Below, one piece after another: positions 13,001 through 25,100 of a DNA stretch of 64,000 nt. Position numbers and translations under genes: made by a program. The DNA is from Phallusia mammillata (lineage: Eukaryota): assembly GCA_965637545.1 (NCBI GenBank), contig OZ281497.1, positions 27,094,001 to 27,158,000 on the forward strand. Direction: 5' to 3'. Within the stretch, counting starts at the first letter, position 1; the number at the start of each line of letters is the position of its first letter. The notes beneath the pieces were generated by a model. It was not told the origin of the DNA. It did not search any database and saw nothing but the letters and a program-made list of their open reading frames with translations.

Positions 13001-14362
13001 AACAAAAAGTCGAATGTCGTGAGATATAAAAACGTTTTTACAGTGGCATTGTATTTCAAATTTAAAAAGGTCTTTAAAAGGGCGGCTCCCAGTGTTAGTT
13101 TTTAGAGTGGCAAAGGTTGGCGACGTGATATATGTGCTTATTGTTTTAAGGATAGTAAGAGTAGTGAGCTTAGCCTAATAAACTTAACTAAACAGAAGCC
13201 TACGCAGAAAGTTAATTAACAAGGATCAGTATCGTATCTAACGTTTTCTCGTGTCGCTGTCCGTGTGAATTCCGAATATTCTAAATTTATTCCGCAATAG
13301 AAGTAATTGGATCGCAAAAAAGATTAACCCAACGGTTCTCAAACTGGGGTCCGCGGTCCTTTAGGGCTCCGTGAGGCAATTTTTCGGGAACCGCGAAAAG
13401 CTGGAAGTAATTCTATATTTTAATTTAGCGTCAGTTTGTGCAACTAAATAAGTTTAAATCAATGTGAAATTGAGAATCATCGACCGTCTCGATTGCCAAA
13501 CAATAGGCTTTATTGCATGCCAACTAACAAAAATGCTATTGTTCGCTCACAATGGTAATGTTTTGCCTTGTCTTTAATGTCAGATTTGGATCATTGTTAT
13601 GCAGAATTTTACATAACTAGCTAAAATCCTGCAATCAGTTTTCCTTTTTCTGAAAAACACATTCAGGCTTGAGGACCACAAGCCCTCGAAATAATGGCAA
13701 AGAGAGTTTGAGAGCCACTGGGTTAACGCAACTGAGATAAATTTTGTCAGGGATTGTGTATCATAAAATATGGCAACCCTAAGATAGCTACAATAACAAG
13801 GTACGTTAAAGTTCATTAGAATCTCTATATAACGGTCAAAATTCGGATACAATTCCGATTTTGATGATTTTACATTGTATAAATGTTTACGTAATGAAAC
13901 ATCTTAAGGTTAGATTAAATACGGCTTATTTAGCCTAATGTTGTAAAATTTACATTTTTCTTACCTGCACCGCTTGTTTGATGGCTGCCGCGGTGTACGT
14001 TCCTCCTCCGTTAAATGTGACGTTTGCGGTTACGTCATTTTTGAAACATTGCGTCGTCGCACAAGAGCCGAGCTTGATCGGTGTACGTATAGAACTTTAA
14101 ATAAACCAAAAGTCAAACAAGATTTAAACATTCTATTTGGGAAGGTATCGTCTACATTAGAAGATTGTCTTTAAAAAATACAAATACCTGCGTCCAGAAT
14201 ACTGCATCACTCCTACATTTAAGTATTTTCGAAGTAAGTCATGGAAGACGTTGCTGTTGTCAATTATGGCGGCTTGAATTAACTGAAAACGTGTATTTCC
14301 AATCGAAGTTGAACTGTCCACCACATAAATGATGTCTTGGTTGCAAAGTTGCTCACACATAC
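7008..14362 (-). CDS. Adhesion GPCR (family B2-like): VWA - GAIN/GPS - 7TM; signal-peptide exon not identified
   Basis: Phase-consistent exons in transcription order: 14362-14188 (IIYVVDSSTSIG), 14094-13965 (GGGTYTAAAI), 12326-12229 (LILFTDG), 11930-11740 (VYAIGIG), 11269-10912 (..CVYLDLETG), 10132-10006 (YCVSNHTTIFASLM, GPS), 9562-9331 (TM1-3), 8214-7711 (AWMLLEG..GWGVPAVVV..CW), 7231-7008 (GLQGFFLFLVY..NHEVR, stop). Confidence 0.9.
8782..9112. mobile_element. hAT-type MITE in a GPCR intron
   Basis: TIR CACGGGTTCCCAAACT / AGTTTGGGAACCACTG; perfect 8-bp TSD gtctagta at 8774-8781 and 9113-9120. Confidence 0.9.
10693..10790. repeat. Imperfect ~98-bp palindrome (hairpin) in a GPCR intron
   Basis: tcacagtacgccaaacccattgaaggcgc..caccg (10693-10727) pairs with cggtattgcgccttcaatgggcctggcgtatactgtga (10753-10790). 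Confidence 0.8.
12431..12504 (+). mobile_element. 74-bp 5'-truncated Penelope-type (family B) tail insertion
   Basis: Contains (A)ATGAAGGCGACCTGTATAGGACGTCGAAACGTC...gccagaagagctc, matching 63245-63320; flanked by the 10-bp direct repeat atcaagcact at 12421-12430 and 12505-12514. Confidence 0.8.
12636..13781. mobile_element. Non-autonomous hAT-type element (TAGGGTTGCCA termini)
   Basis: TIR tagggttgccata / tatggcaacccta; perfect 8-bp TSD agatagct at 12628-12635 and 13782-13789. Confidence 0.9.
13330..13720. mobile_element. hAT-type MITE nested in the 12636-13781 element
   Basis: TIR caacggttctcaaact / agtttgagagccactg; flanks gattaacc / ggttaacg (6 of 8 matching, degenerate TSD). Confidence 0.7.
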
Positions 14363-14525
14363 CTTGTAAAACATAAGAAAGCTCTTTTTACTTTGACGAG
14401 ATTTATCCAAGCTCAAGGCGCGTTCAATGCAGTATCCAATTCAAACTTACGACAAAAGATACAATACAGCTATTTTGAACATTTACAACTTTGGAACAGC
14501 TTGCAAACAATGCTGTATGTGATAA

Positions 14526-14575
14526 GCTGCGGACAGTGCACACTATTTCCACCTATAAGGTCTCATTAGTGCAGC
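14526..14575 (-). ncRNA. Degenerate type I hammerhead motif (family A)
   Basis: Minus strand: gctgca-CTAATGA-GACC ttata GGTG-GAAA-T agt gtgc act G-TC-cgcagc, with G5A and stem mismatches. Confidence 0.75.
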
Positions 14576-14594
14576 TGTTGACAAGAAATCGGCC

Positions 14595-15205
14595 TAGGGC
14601 TGTTATCAAACAAATGATTATTTGATTATTTGAAATTTTTAATGATTTGAAAATTTATCAAATAATTTTTTACTCAATTTCAAATAATCAAATATTTTTT
14701 TCTTGTGCAGTAACCCTTGGTGACATTTTTATGACATAGAGTGTAAACAAAAGCACTGCAACATGTGTTTTCAGCATTATATAACCCTTTTCCCAAAATA
14801 ATTTTGAGCTTATATTTTGGTATTAATTGCACCTAGTGACATTTAAGGTTATTCAAGCAAGTGATTGAAATGTTAACGACCAAAGTTTAATTAACCAAGT
14901 GTCTACAAAAAAAACTGTTAAAATGATGAGAAAAAAGTAACTGTGGAGAATACATGGCTGTGCCAAATTATGGAGAATAAAGCATGTCTGTACCATTTTT
15001 TATTAAAGAAAAGATTTAGCATAGATTTAATGACAAGGAGCACAACCGAATTGCCATTCTTGTTTAATAAGTTTGAAGTATCCTTATTCTTTAATGGTTC
15101 TGGGTCTTACATCGATTTTAAAATTATTTGAATTATTTGATTTGAAAGGAAATAAAAAAAATTATTATTTGAAAAATTCGAAACGTTTGTTTGATAACAG
15201 CCCTA
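14595..15205. mobile_element. hAT-type MITE inserted into the family A hammerhead repeat
   Basis: TIR tagggctgttatcaaacaa / ttgtttgataacagcccta; 8-bp TSD aatcggcc / agtcggcc. The sequence after it (15206-15240) continues the family A flank. Confidence 0.85.
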
Positions 15206-17460
15206 AGTCGGCCGTATTGGCTATGGCCTACCAACGGCACCCCTCACCCATTCTGTGCGATGCCACAACTGGGCATCCATCACAGAGAAAACTGGCTAAG
15301 CAAATAACCAGGCAACTGCTTGGAAACCAAAGTGTCTGCAGCTTATCATTTATTAGCTCGATGCTTTCACAACACCGAATTTATTTACCAAGTTCCATGG
15401 CTCCAAGCAGCAGAAACGTGATGGAAGTTACATTGTAGATTTTTATCATAATTCCTACTGGTAACATAAACTTTATTCAATGAATATATTGTTTTACATT
15501 TTTTCTTTTTTAATTTGGAAAACCTGTCAAAAGAATTATTTTGTCAAGTTAAAACAAGGAAAACAGAACATTGTATAATATATAGGCTACAAGGTTTCAA
15601 TGTATTTTCGTTTTAATTATAAGGTTTTTAAAAGATAACGGAAATAAAGTTACACTTTGCTCAAATCGGATTAAAAACAAAATTTTCTAACGCCTTTCAT
15701 CATTTCGTGTTCTTTAAATCTATTATTCTGCTTCATTTACTCGTCATCATTCCAAAAAAATTAACAAAAAAGCAATATAATTAGAGTTAAAAACGACTAT
15801 TAACCTAATTAAAATAGCAATTTATAATTGCAGCATCTTTTGGATTGACCTGTTTGTCTCTTGATGTAATTTTTCCGTTCAACTTTGCAAGTAAGTGAAA
15901 TTAATCTCTAATTTGCAAATCCACCTCATCACCAGTAATGCTCTGAACGATTAATTTTGTATTTTGTGGCTGATGCAACGCATGCAGGCTTACAGACGAT
16001 ATATCTTCTATATTTGTTTCGAAATATCTCACATCGTGACGTAAACCGTGTAGCAGCGTACTACGTCATTTAATTTAAAGGAACATTGCAAAGCCCGAAA
16101 TGTCTTTCCTAGCTTAATCGAAAAAAATCAAACATTTGCAGCTTGTCCACCTAATCTAAGCACTGCCGTGAAAACACAATAGTTTGTCTGTTGATTTTAT
16201 TATGAAAAGAACAATTCTTGGTCGCGTGTGCCGCTTAGTTGTGGTAAACAAAATTCGCTTGTAACATTTCTGGGTGATTGTGGTTTATGAAAATTTCCAC
16301 TGACGTAACGCAGTGTCGGGTTCGCTCTCAGTAACCTCAACTTCCTGATTAGCGCATGTCAAAATTGGTTGTCCCAGCATGCAGAAAGTGAAAATAATAG
16401 GAAATGCCCTCCCAAGTGGGTTTAACCTGCTCTTGTGCAAAAATATGTCCTTAGAATTTTACAAACAGTTCATCTACATAGGTGGTCTAAAACAAATATT
16501 GTAATATTTGTCTGCCTTTGATCTGACTAATCGTTGGATTCTGTTTAATCTCCACCAGGATCAGTAACATTTTCTGATAAATAAGAATCGTACCCAGCTG
16601 AGCTATCAATTACACGAAAACGCACGGATTTTTTTCTGATTTAAATTTAATTCGTGTTTCCGAAGGCCTACTATGTCAGACATTGTAATAATTCTTATGT
16701 GAATCAAGGGTTAGAGCATATTTGCTTACTGTTTATAGTTTGCAAATCGGCTACACCAACTATACAACACTACACTTAAGTAGTCGCTTTCACAAAAACC
16801 TATCAATCCTTTTTTTGAAAATTTTCGGGACAAGAATGCAAAACCTAACACATCAAAGCGGAAAGTTTGACTCAGAGACACAGCTTAACCGAATTGAAAA
16901 TCATACCGGGAACATAATTACATAAGTAAATAAACTTAGATGAAAACGGCTAGATCTTTTTCTGCTATAGCTTATTAGGTCTGATATCATTTTAGATAAA
17001 ACACAATTCTGACCGCTCTTGAGTGACCCAAGTTTACAACATTTGTGCTGTCAAGTAATCGTAACAAAATAAGCTCGATAACTTTCTATGGTCAACTTTA
17101 TATAACACCATGTCCATAGTGGTAACCGGCTAGTAGTAACAAGCAGCTTAGTCTGAAAATGCAACTTGTTCTGTATTTTATGACAATGATTGTTACTCAG
17201 TTGCTTCAAGAAACATAAATATTGCTTAAGATTTTGTGTATGTAGCAATAAATCACACCGTAAAGTCTGACAAACTTGCACAAGAAACTGAGTTTTGACA
17301 CTAAACAGTTGTTACTTTTTATTCACGCCTGTCCTACAAATTCTAAACCACAGCCACGATTTATTTCAATGCGGCACGAGCTCAACGCGCTGCTTCTATA
17401 GGGCAGGATGCGATGACGTTATCACGCGTAATATGTCAGCAGTTAATAGACGCACGGCGT

Positions 17461-17733
17461 GGTAGAGCTACTTATACCATAACGCAAATGACAACCAAAG
17501 TCGTTTGGGTTATATCTCCAAAAATGCTCACGGTTAGGGCTATTAGGGTCGGGGTAAGGTATTAGCACTTAAAATTCAATAAAACTAACCCAAAAATTAG
17601 TTACTAATGTAAAAATTTTAAAAACTTATTTCCCAACCCAGCCCATTTATAGCCGCTAAATAAAAAATTCAGATCTTTACGCCCCCTAATCGACTTTGGT
17701 TGTCATTTGCGGCATGGTGTTAGTAGCTCTACC
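17461..17733. mobile_element. Second copy of the GGTAGAGCTACT MITE
   Basis: TIRs at 17461-17503 and 17691-17733; interior matches 5810-5995; flanks cacggcgt / cacgacgt. Confidence 0.85.
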
Positions 17734-20700
17734 CACGACGTGGGGCGCGAAAGGTCATAATAGTGCCACGATTTTCAGGCATATAAAACGAAAACCGTGA
17801 CTTATATTTTCGTAATTTGTTGTTTGTTTGTGTTTTGGTAGTTTTTATTACTATAACTGTTATTGCCTTTTCACTCCTGTTTCGAACGCAAGTACTTCGT
17901 GACGTTCCAATACGTTGCTGATTAATCTTTAAATATATGACACGTTGTCTTTATTCTTGGCTAACAAGAGAGGGTCTTTTTTTGTTGAACGGTGCTTGGA
18001 TCGGTTATCTCTTTAGCGACGTTTGGTGTGAGATCAGGTTGACATTTAAATGCAACTTACGCACGATTTAGTAACGCGCATAATACTGTTTTACTTTTTT
18101 AATTAAAGTAACATGAGCTTGCAATTGTAGGTGTTCGCCAGTGTATTTGTTATCATAGGAAGGGTAGAGTACAAGCTACAAGTACGCTGTACCGGCTTGT
18201 CGGTAAAGCAGTGTCCAAATTTTCCGTTCAAAAATGTACCTGGAGCGCCAGTCAGAATTAATGTACATCCGACAACTTTTGATGACATACATACATTGTG
18301 ACGTATCCGAGCTTGCCGTGTGACGCAAAATCACCCACGGTAGAAAATATTTGAGTTGGCCGTGATCTCCGTTTTGTTTGTTCCTCTTTATTTCGCTAAA
18401 ACAAATAAGGAGAAAAACTTCAGTGACTGTATTACAAAAAGCACCGTTCAACATAAGCCAGATTATTGTCATTAGATAAAGGATTGTGGCCAGGACAGAA
18501 CCAAACATCATTGTGTAGTGTTTTAAGCTAAAATTATCGCGATAAGATTGTTTCTTTTCCAAAGGGCGTTTACAGAAACCTGAAACAGCCTTGTCACTAG
18601 AAATCAGGTAACGAACAAAGGGTAAATAAACACTTGATGTCGCGATTGAGCAGGTTGTGTAAAATCACAACCGACTCACGAATCACGGGCCATCCGGGAC
18701 ACTGAATGTAATATTACGTTACATCCGGAACATTTTTACTTGTTACTCCTTTAAACGCGACGGTTTGCTATTACAAGTCGCTTGCACTTTTTGTATTAGT
18801 TGCTGAAGACATTTATAAGCGCCACTGTGTGATGACGTATCGGCGCCTGTTTTTGCGTCACAAACTAACTGGAGGTGTTAGTTTTATCAGCGCCCAGATG
18901 TGTCTCGTGGCTGCAGTCGTTTGATCAATGCGTTTTCAGAAAAACAAGTTTTGTTCTTTTTGGTAGAAATTCGGCGCAAAACTTGATGTTTATTTTTTTG
19001 TGTTTACTGTAATAAGAACGTCTTTGCGAAGATTTGAATTTTATTATTCTTAACTTTTTAGGTTTTGAAGCAAATGTCGATCAAATTCGATGGACACATT
19101 AGCCGAGACTCTCGGCATTTAGCAAGCTAAATCAGGTGAAACTCTAATGTGAATGGTTTTGTACCTCAGTGTCTCAGCGGGTCGCATGTTATTCAGCTGT
19201 CTTTTCATGTTTGTTGCCTGACTTAGGGTATGACCTGCCAAATAGAGTGTAACATTCTTTCACTGCGTTGTGGACCGCAATCAGTAAGATTCTGTTAATT
19301 GCTTTCTTTAGTAAAACAAGGATAGTTTTCCAAATGTGATTAAAGTTGTAATCTAGACAGTAGGGTTAAAACATTTAACGTTTATTTCAGGTTTGGTCAT
19401 TACAAACGACCACGGTTAACGCGATGCGTTACTTACTCATGTAGCAGTGTTTACATGAATCACCAAACACTAATTGTAATTGCTGCTTGGGAAAATGTCG
19501 TACTTATGTTGTAAATGTGAAGTTTGTAAACTTTGAGCTTGCTTCTATGTTGTTAAGTTAATTAATACCGTCACAGTTGCCATCAATATTTGTTATGTGT
19601 GCTAGACCCAAACTGTAATATCGCGTTTTACATGGTAAGTTTGTGGGTTGTGAAAATGTTTTGTTAATGTATATAATTGACTCAAATACTATGACAGATT
19701 TTAACGTTTGTGTCATTGCTCACTGATGTTGTTTTGCACAATTCGACTCAAACATATTCTTTAAAACTGTTTCCACTGGACTTGGAGGATAAACTCTTTT
19801 CGGGCATTCAGAGGATTTTCCAAACTGAGAACTTTAATTACATTACATTTTGGAGGTATAACGTTTTCTTTACAAGCTCTACAAGCTCTACCAAGTTATT
19901 TTCGATTTTGCGTAAGGGCAAAGATGACTGTTTAAATGTCATCATCGTATCTAAACATGCAATGTGTAAATTTGTATAATTATGTGAAATTGTTCTGCGT
20001 TGTTTTGTGTACCTGTGTTAAGTTTTTTTTAAAAAAAATAAGGTGTTTTTATTAGTCACAAATCATTTACTAACCAGGTTGGAAACGTGAGCGAAGAGGG
20101 TCAATATATAAGTAAACTTTAAATCAAAAAATGACGTTGAGTAAAAGGGCGATACAATAGCATGACTTGTTAATAACAGAGTCCTGTTACGAAATGTTCC
20201 GACTGGTTTTACTGTCAGACTGTAACATTGGCTGGTGGGAGCATACAATATTCTATATGTCGTTGCCAAATTAGTTTATAGCTTTGGAAATTTGCGCCGT
20301 TGGGCGACAAACAGTCTCGATGTTTGTCAAATCGATCCTGTCGTCGTAAAACAGGACTTACGACACTACTAAAAAGCTGAAGTAAAACGCTAAAAAAGGC
20401 TTTTAAATGTCTTTGTGGCACTAGGCCTCGACCTGTGGCAAAAATGACATGCAACAATCAATCGATGTTTTTTACGACCTCGCTTGTGTTTTAAAACACT
20501 GTTGCTTTGTAACTGTTTGTTTTGTTAAGTGATGAGAGGGGCGATATTTAGAAAACAGTTGTGGCGACATCGTAAACCGATGTCAAAAACCCTTTTGTAG
20601 AAGCTACAATCAGTGTACGCCATACATATAATGCCGGTTTAAAACTTACGTTTTGTTGCTTATCATGTTCTACCAGCGTTCAGGACCAGACATACACTAC

Positions 20701-22170
20701 CTTGCAATCAAAATATTGCTTTGGCTATTTCAAACCTAATTTTACTGACAAAGTATTCCTTTTTCGACAACTGATAAAACTGTTACAAACAGCTCAAATG
20801 CGTTTTTTCGTTGCGTAGGTTGACATTTTCTTTTTGTCCAGGTCAGTACAACGTAATACTATGGATCTGTTCACGAACTGCAAATTTACGAAGCTCATTG
20901 CTTTGACATTGTTTATTACGCAGCTAAATCAGGTTTTTATTCATATCGTTTTGAAAGAATTTTTTTCTAGTTGCGTAACAGTCGGTTCCTTTTTAAAACT
21001 TAACGATTGTGTTAAAACCTAAGCAATAAAGTTTCAGTAAAGATTCGGACAGGGTGATTATTCCAGTACCGATAAAACGACATGAAACACAAAATCGACG
21101 TTATTTTTGACGATGGCTTGTTTTGTTAATGCTGAAATATCAAACTGCTGTACAATTTTCCCGTTAAGCGGTTGTGACTTTGCAAAACAGAGCAGTGGCA
21201 TCAAATAATTGTCAGAAGAAAACCTCTTGACTCAAAATGTGTAAGTATCGATTTAGAATTTGCGTTGCAAGTCTTCAAAATATCCCCACTTGGTATAAAA
21301 CGTCATGTGATCGTTAATCAACGTTGATTTACGACGGAATACACCTAAGATTGTGTGTTCAAACGCACCGTTGCTTTGTAACTGTTTGCGTTGTTAGCGG
21401 ACGAGCGATAGCGATATTTGAGAAACGGTTGTGGTGACATCGTAAACCGGAGGTCGGTAACCTATTTAGTAGAATCTAAAATCCAACATGTTCACAATAA
21501 ATGTCAGTAAAAACCTTTTCACCCGTTGCTTATCTCGTGCCAGCAGCATTTAGGACCACACAAGTTTACGCTAAAAACAATAATAATTGTCACAAATGTA
21601 ACCTAGTTTTGATTCTGTTATAAGGAGGTTGAATCTTGTTAAACGTGTTCAGTTATATGTCACCAATTTTGGCTTTCCCTCCCTCGTCCTTACACGATAT
21701 CCCTTTTTTGTACTTTTCTGTCCAACACTGTTCTGTTCGACCCATTTGGAAATAAAAAAGTGCTTCAAACCTTTTTAAATTTACGCACATGTTAGTTATT
21801 TCTCCAAAGTTGATCCTTCCAAAGTTTGATTTTCTCACATGCACCCAACCGGTTCAGCCACATGTTTTTGTATTTGTGTTGCGGCTATTTTTCAACCTTT
21901 GCGTTTTATGTACTTCCCAGCGGGTCCGATACGTTGATTAGCTACGATAAGAGTTTTAGTCAAGAATCATAATGACTAACAAAATTTTATCAACCGTATA
22001 ATACAGATATGGAGCAATTGAACGTACAGTTTAATATATGTATGTACGTCATGTTTATGATGAGTCATTGCAGTTTAACAAAAATTGTCTTAAAAAATCA
22101 GTAACGATCTTTTCAACTACATGTTGTACAACTTGTCACCAACAGATTATTTCACATAAAACAAAATCCT

Positions 22171-25100
22171 ATGCGTGCAACCATGGCCGAAAACCAACCT
22201 GAAAACGAATGTTCTAATTCGACTGTTTCGCTAAATCTACAAGACCGACCCCAGCCCAACTTGACACAAGAATTGGCTGTTGTTGGAACCCCAACCAGAC
22301 TGCCCCAGGAATCTGAAGAAATCAAGGCACAACACTCCGGTGACGACGTTGTCCCCTTACCCCCACAATATGGTGAAGTTATACCACAACAATCAAGAGA
22401 TGTTTTGCCACAACCACATTCTGCTCAAATGTATCCAGTCAATAACGAAACTGCAGTGATAAACATGGTAAGAAATTCGGACCAAATTCAGTTGTTGGTT
22501 TAAAAATGTTTCGTGCTTTGCAGGAGAGCGTAGAAGCGCCACAGTTTGGAGACACAATCACCCACATAGCTGGATCAATGTACAACGCACCAGTAGAACT
22601 TCATCAACACAACTATTATACCCTTGTTCAGCAACGGCAAACAGTTCACTTAACAAAAGAACAACCCCACACGTCAACACAACCACCTGCACCAGTTGCT
22701 TGGAAGGAAGAAACTTCGCCAAACATCTTTGATGAAACCCCGCCCACATCATATCAACCACAAACTTGCCACAACCAGCCGACTTCATCACTCAACACGG
22801 AACCAGAAAACCTCCGTGCTAGTGCAACACATCCTAGGAAAGCAATAAACCAATCTACATCCGCCCAGTCTTCTGCAAGTCAACATCAAAAAGCAACACA
22901 AGCCACGGGAAATAAAATATGTAAGAGCATTTTTTGTTTGTTTATTTAAAAAAAATCTACTTAAAATTGCCACTCAATATTATTGCCTGGTGTATACCGG
23001 CGTGATGCGATTTGTGTTTCACATAGGTTTTCTTGTTTAGGTGAACAACTGAAGTCTCGACTAAAGAGAGAAGTCAAAGCCACTGCCAGTGAAGAATCGA
23101 CACTAGCTGAGTTTTTGGACCGAGCTATAGAACCCGTCCCCGTTGCCATAATCAACAAACCCAAAAAAATTAGCGACGAGTTTCAAGCAGAAGGACATTA
23201 TCACTACAAAAAGGAACTTTACAAAACACCAAAAAGTGACATAACCGGTAATGAAATTTTCGTTTGCGCAAAACAAACTGCACAACAAGAGGCGGAGAAG
23301 AAGTTCAAAGCGCATAAAATGGAAGCAAAACAAAACTACATCGAAAAACATGGGAATATAGTTGGTGTGGTTGGTCAAGCTGGAATAGGAAAAACTACAT
23401 CAGCAAAAATGTGGGCCCTGCAAGCATTAGAAGGACAGTTGGGTGGAAGAGTATCGTTTATCTTTTACATTGTGATCAGGTTTCTTCAGTTCAACGGTGA
23501 GATGACACTTCTTCAGTTTCTCATTTCCACCCTGTTGTCGGATTGGATCTGCACACCTGATGAGGCAACCATTATTCTCGCTGCCATTTGCAATGATCCT
23601 CATGTTTTGATCATTTTCGATGGTTTTGATGAGGCAGCATTTAAATCATTTTCCAGCTTGGTATCGAAACCACTATTACACGGAAAAAATTCTGCAGAAA
23701 GTTACCTAAAGCATTTAGCAGGAGGAAACTTGCTTCCACGAGCTCGAAAGATTTTCACATCACGACCAGCTCAGCTATACAAGCTCCATCCGTCATACCG
23801 ACCCAAGTTTATAGTTCAGATACTTGGTTTAACTCCAACATCACAGAATGAACTCGGACGTCAGATATGTGGAATCAAATATGATGCTATACACCAAAAA
23901 CTTGTCCGAAACCCTAATGTATTTGCATACTGTTATGTTCCTGTCAATTTCATATTGACACTGAATTACCTGATGAATTACGATGGAGATATTCAGTTTG
24001 TTTCGCTTACACGTGTTCTTGCTTTCACTTGTAGCCAATACGTCACAACAGATCATCTGCAGGGCCAAGAATGCGAGTTAGACAAACTGGCCAAAATGGC
24101 TTGGGATGCATTTCTTGAGGGCAGGTTGGTATTTAAAGACAAGAACTTTAAAAATGCTGGAATAAGACCTTCCACAGCCGAAGCATTCCTTACCACATCA
24201 GTAACGAAGCAAGTAAGTCTCAAGCTGACGATATTAGATGGACACAAAGTAAGATACTTTTCTCACCTCACCTGGCAGGAGTTTTTTGCCGCCTTCTATC
24301 TGATGATGATCATGCCTTTAAAGGAATTTAAAAAGCAGCTTAAACAACTTAGCAAAGACAGATGGGAAGTAGTTTCCAAATTTGTTTTCGGAATCTGCGA
24401 TTCTTGGGTTTTCAATAGTCTTGAAAACCTTGTCGGTGCAAGTTCCAGCAAAGAATGGTCACTCAAGAAGGTCTTGCTAACCGAATTATTGACTGAAATG
24501 AGCACAGCAAACATAATGCGAGTGTGTAGCTGGGCTCATGAGTCAAATGACATTACCTCATCTGTTGCTTCACTACTTCCTGATGAGCTCGACCTCAGTC
24601 GTTTATCTCTCCTTCCAGATGACATCGAAAACCTTTCCTACGTGCTTCAACACAGAGCCTGCCCGGTAGGCCTATTACTGCGTTTAGGATTTGCTGCGAT
24701 TTTGCTTCCAGGACCATGTTATGCTAAGGAAAATGTAAAATCTTTGCGACATAACTAAATTTAGTGAAATATGTATGACAAAGTGGTTGATTCAAATAGC
24801 AAAACTAGTTTAGTAGTTTTCCATCGTGCTTCAACTCAGAGCTAACCCGATATTGATGTGGTTTAATTTGCGTTTAAAAAGGCATTTGCCAATGGTGGCA
24901 GTATATATAATTATTCGTTACATTGTTACGTAACACAATCACATATGACGTCACCAGCACCTGTGTTACGCTTTCAAACCTTGTGATGCTCTAGTTCAGT
25001 AATCAACGGGGGCGTTTGCTCTCACTAAGGGGGCGCTGAAGAATAATTGGGCGATTGGGGGGCGTTGGGAAAAGTTTGCGATTGGGGGTCGACCTATGAG

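Noticed and set aside
14450-14482. Minus-strand MFKIAVLYLLS followed by gtaagt as the GPCR signal exon
   Set aside because: The donor is phase 2 but the next exon needs phase 1; splicing gives an immediate stop.
18435-18517. Minus-strand signal-peptide-like stretch MMFGSVLATILYLMTIIWLMLNG as the first exon of the adhesion GPCR
   Set aside because: Only a weak donor (gtgctt) gives the required phase, and the region appears to lie in the non-coding block shared by the three NLR units; unsupported without cDNA.
19710-19979. ORF sharing ENFNYITF.RYNVF with 35000-35197
   Set aside because: Explained by nucleotide homology of the duplicated unit; frames break on both sides and no domain was recognised.
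23103-24514. Minus-strand ORFs conserved between NLR paralogs (e.g. MCPSNIVSLRLTCFV...)
   Set aside because: They are antisense shadows of the conserved NACHT exon.
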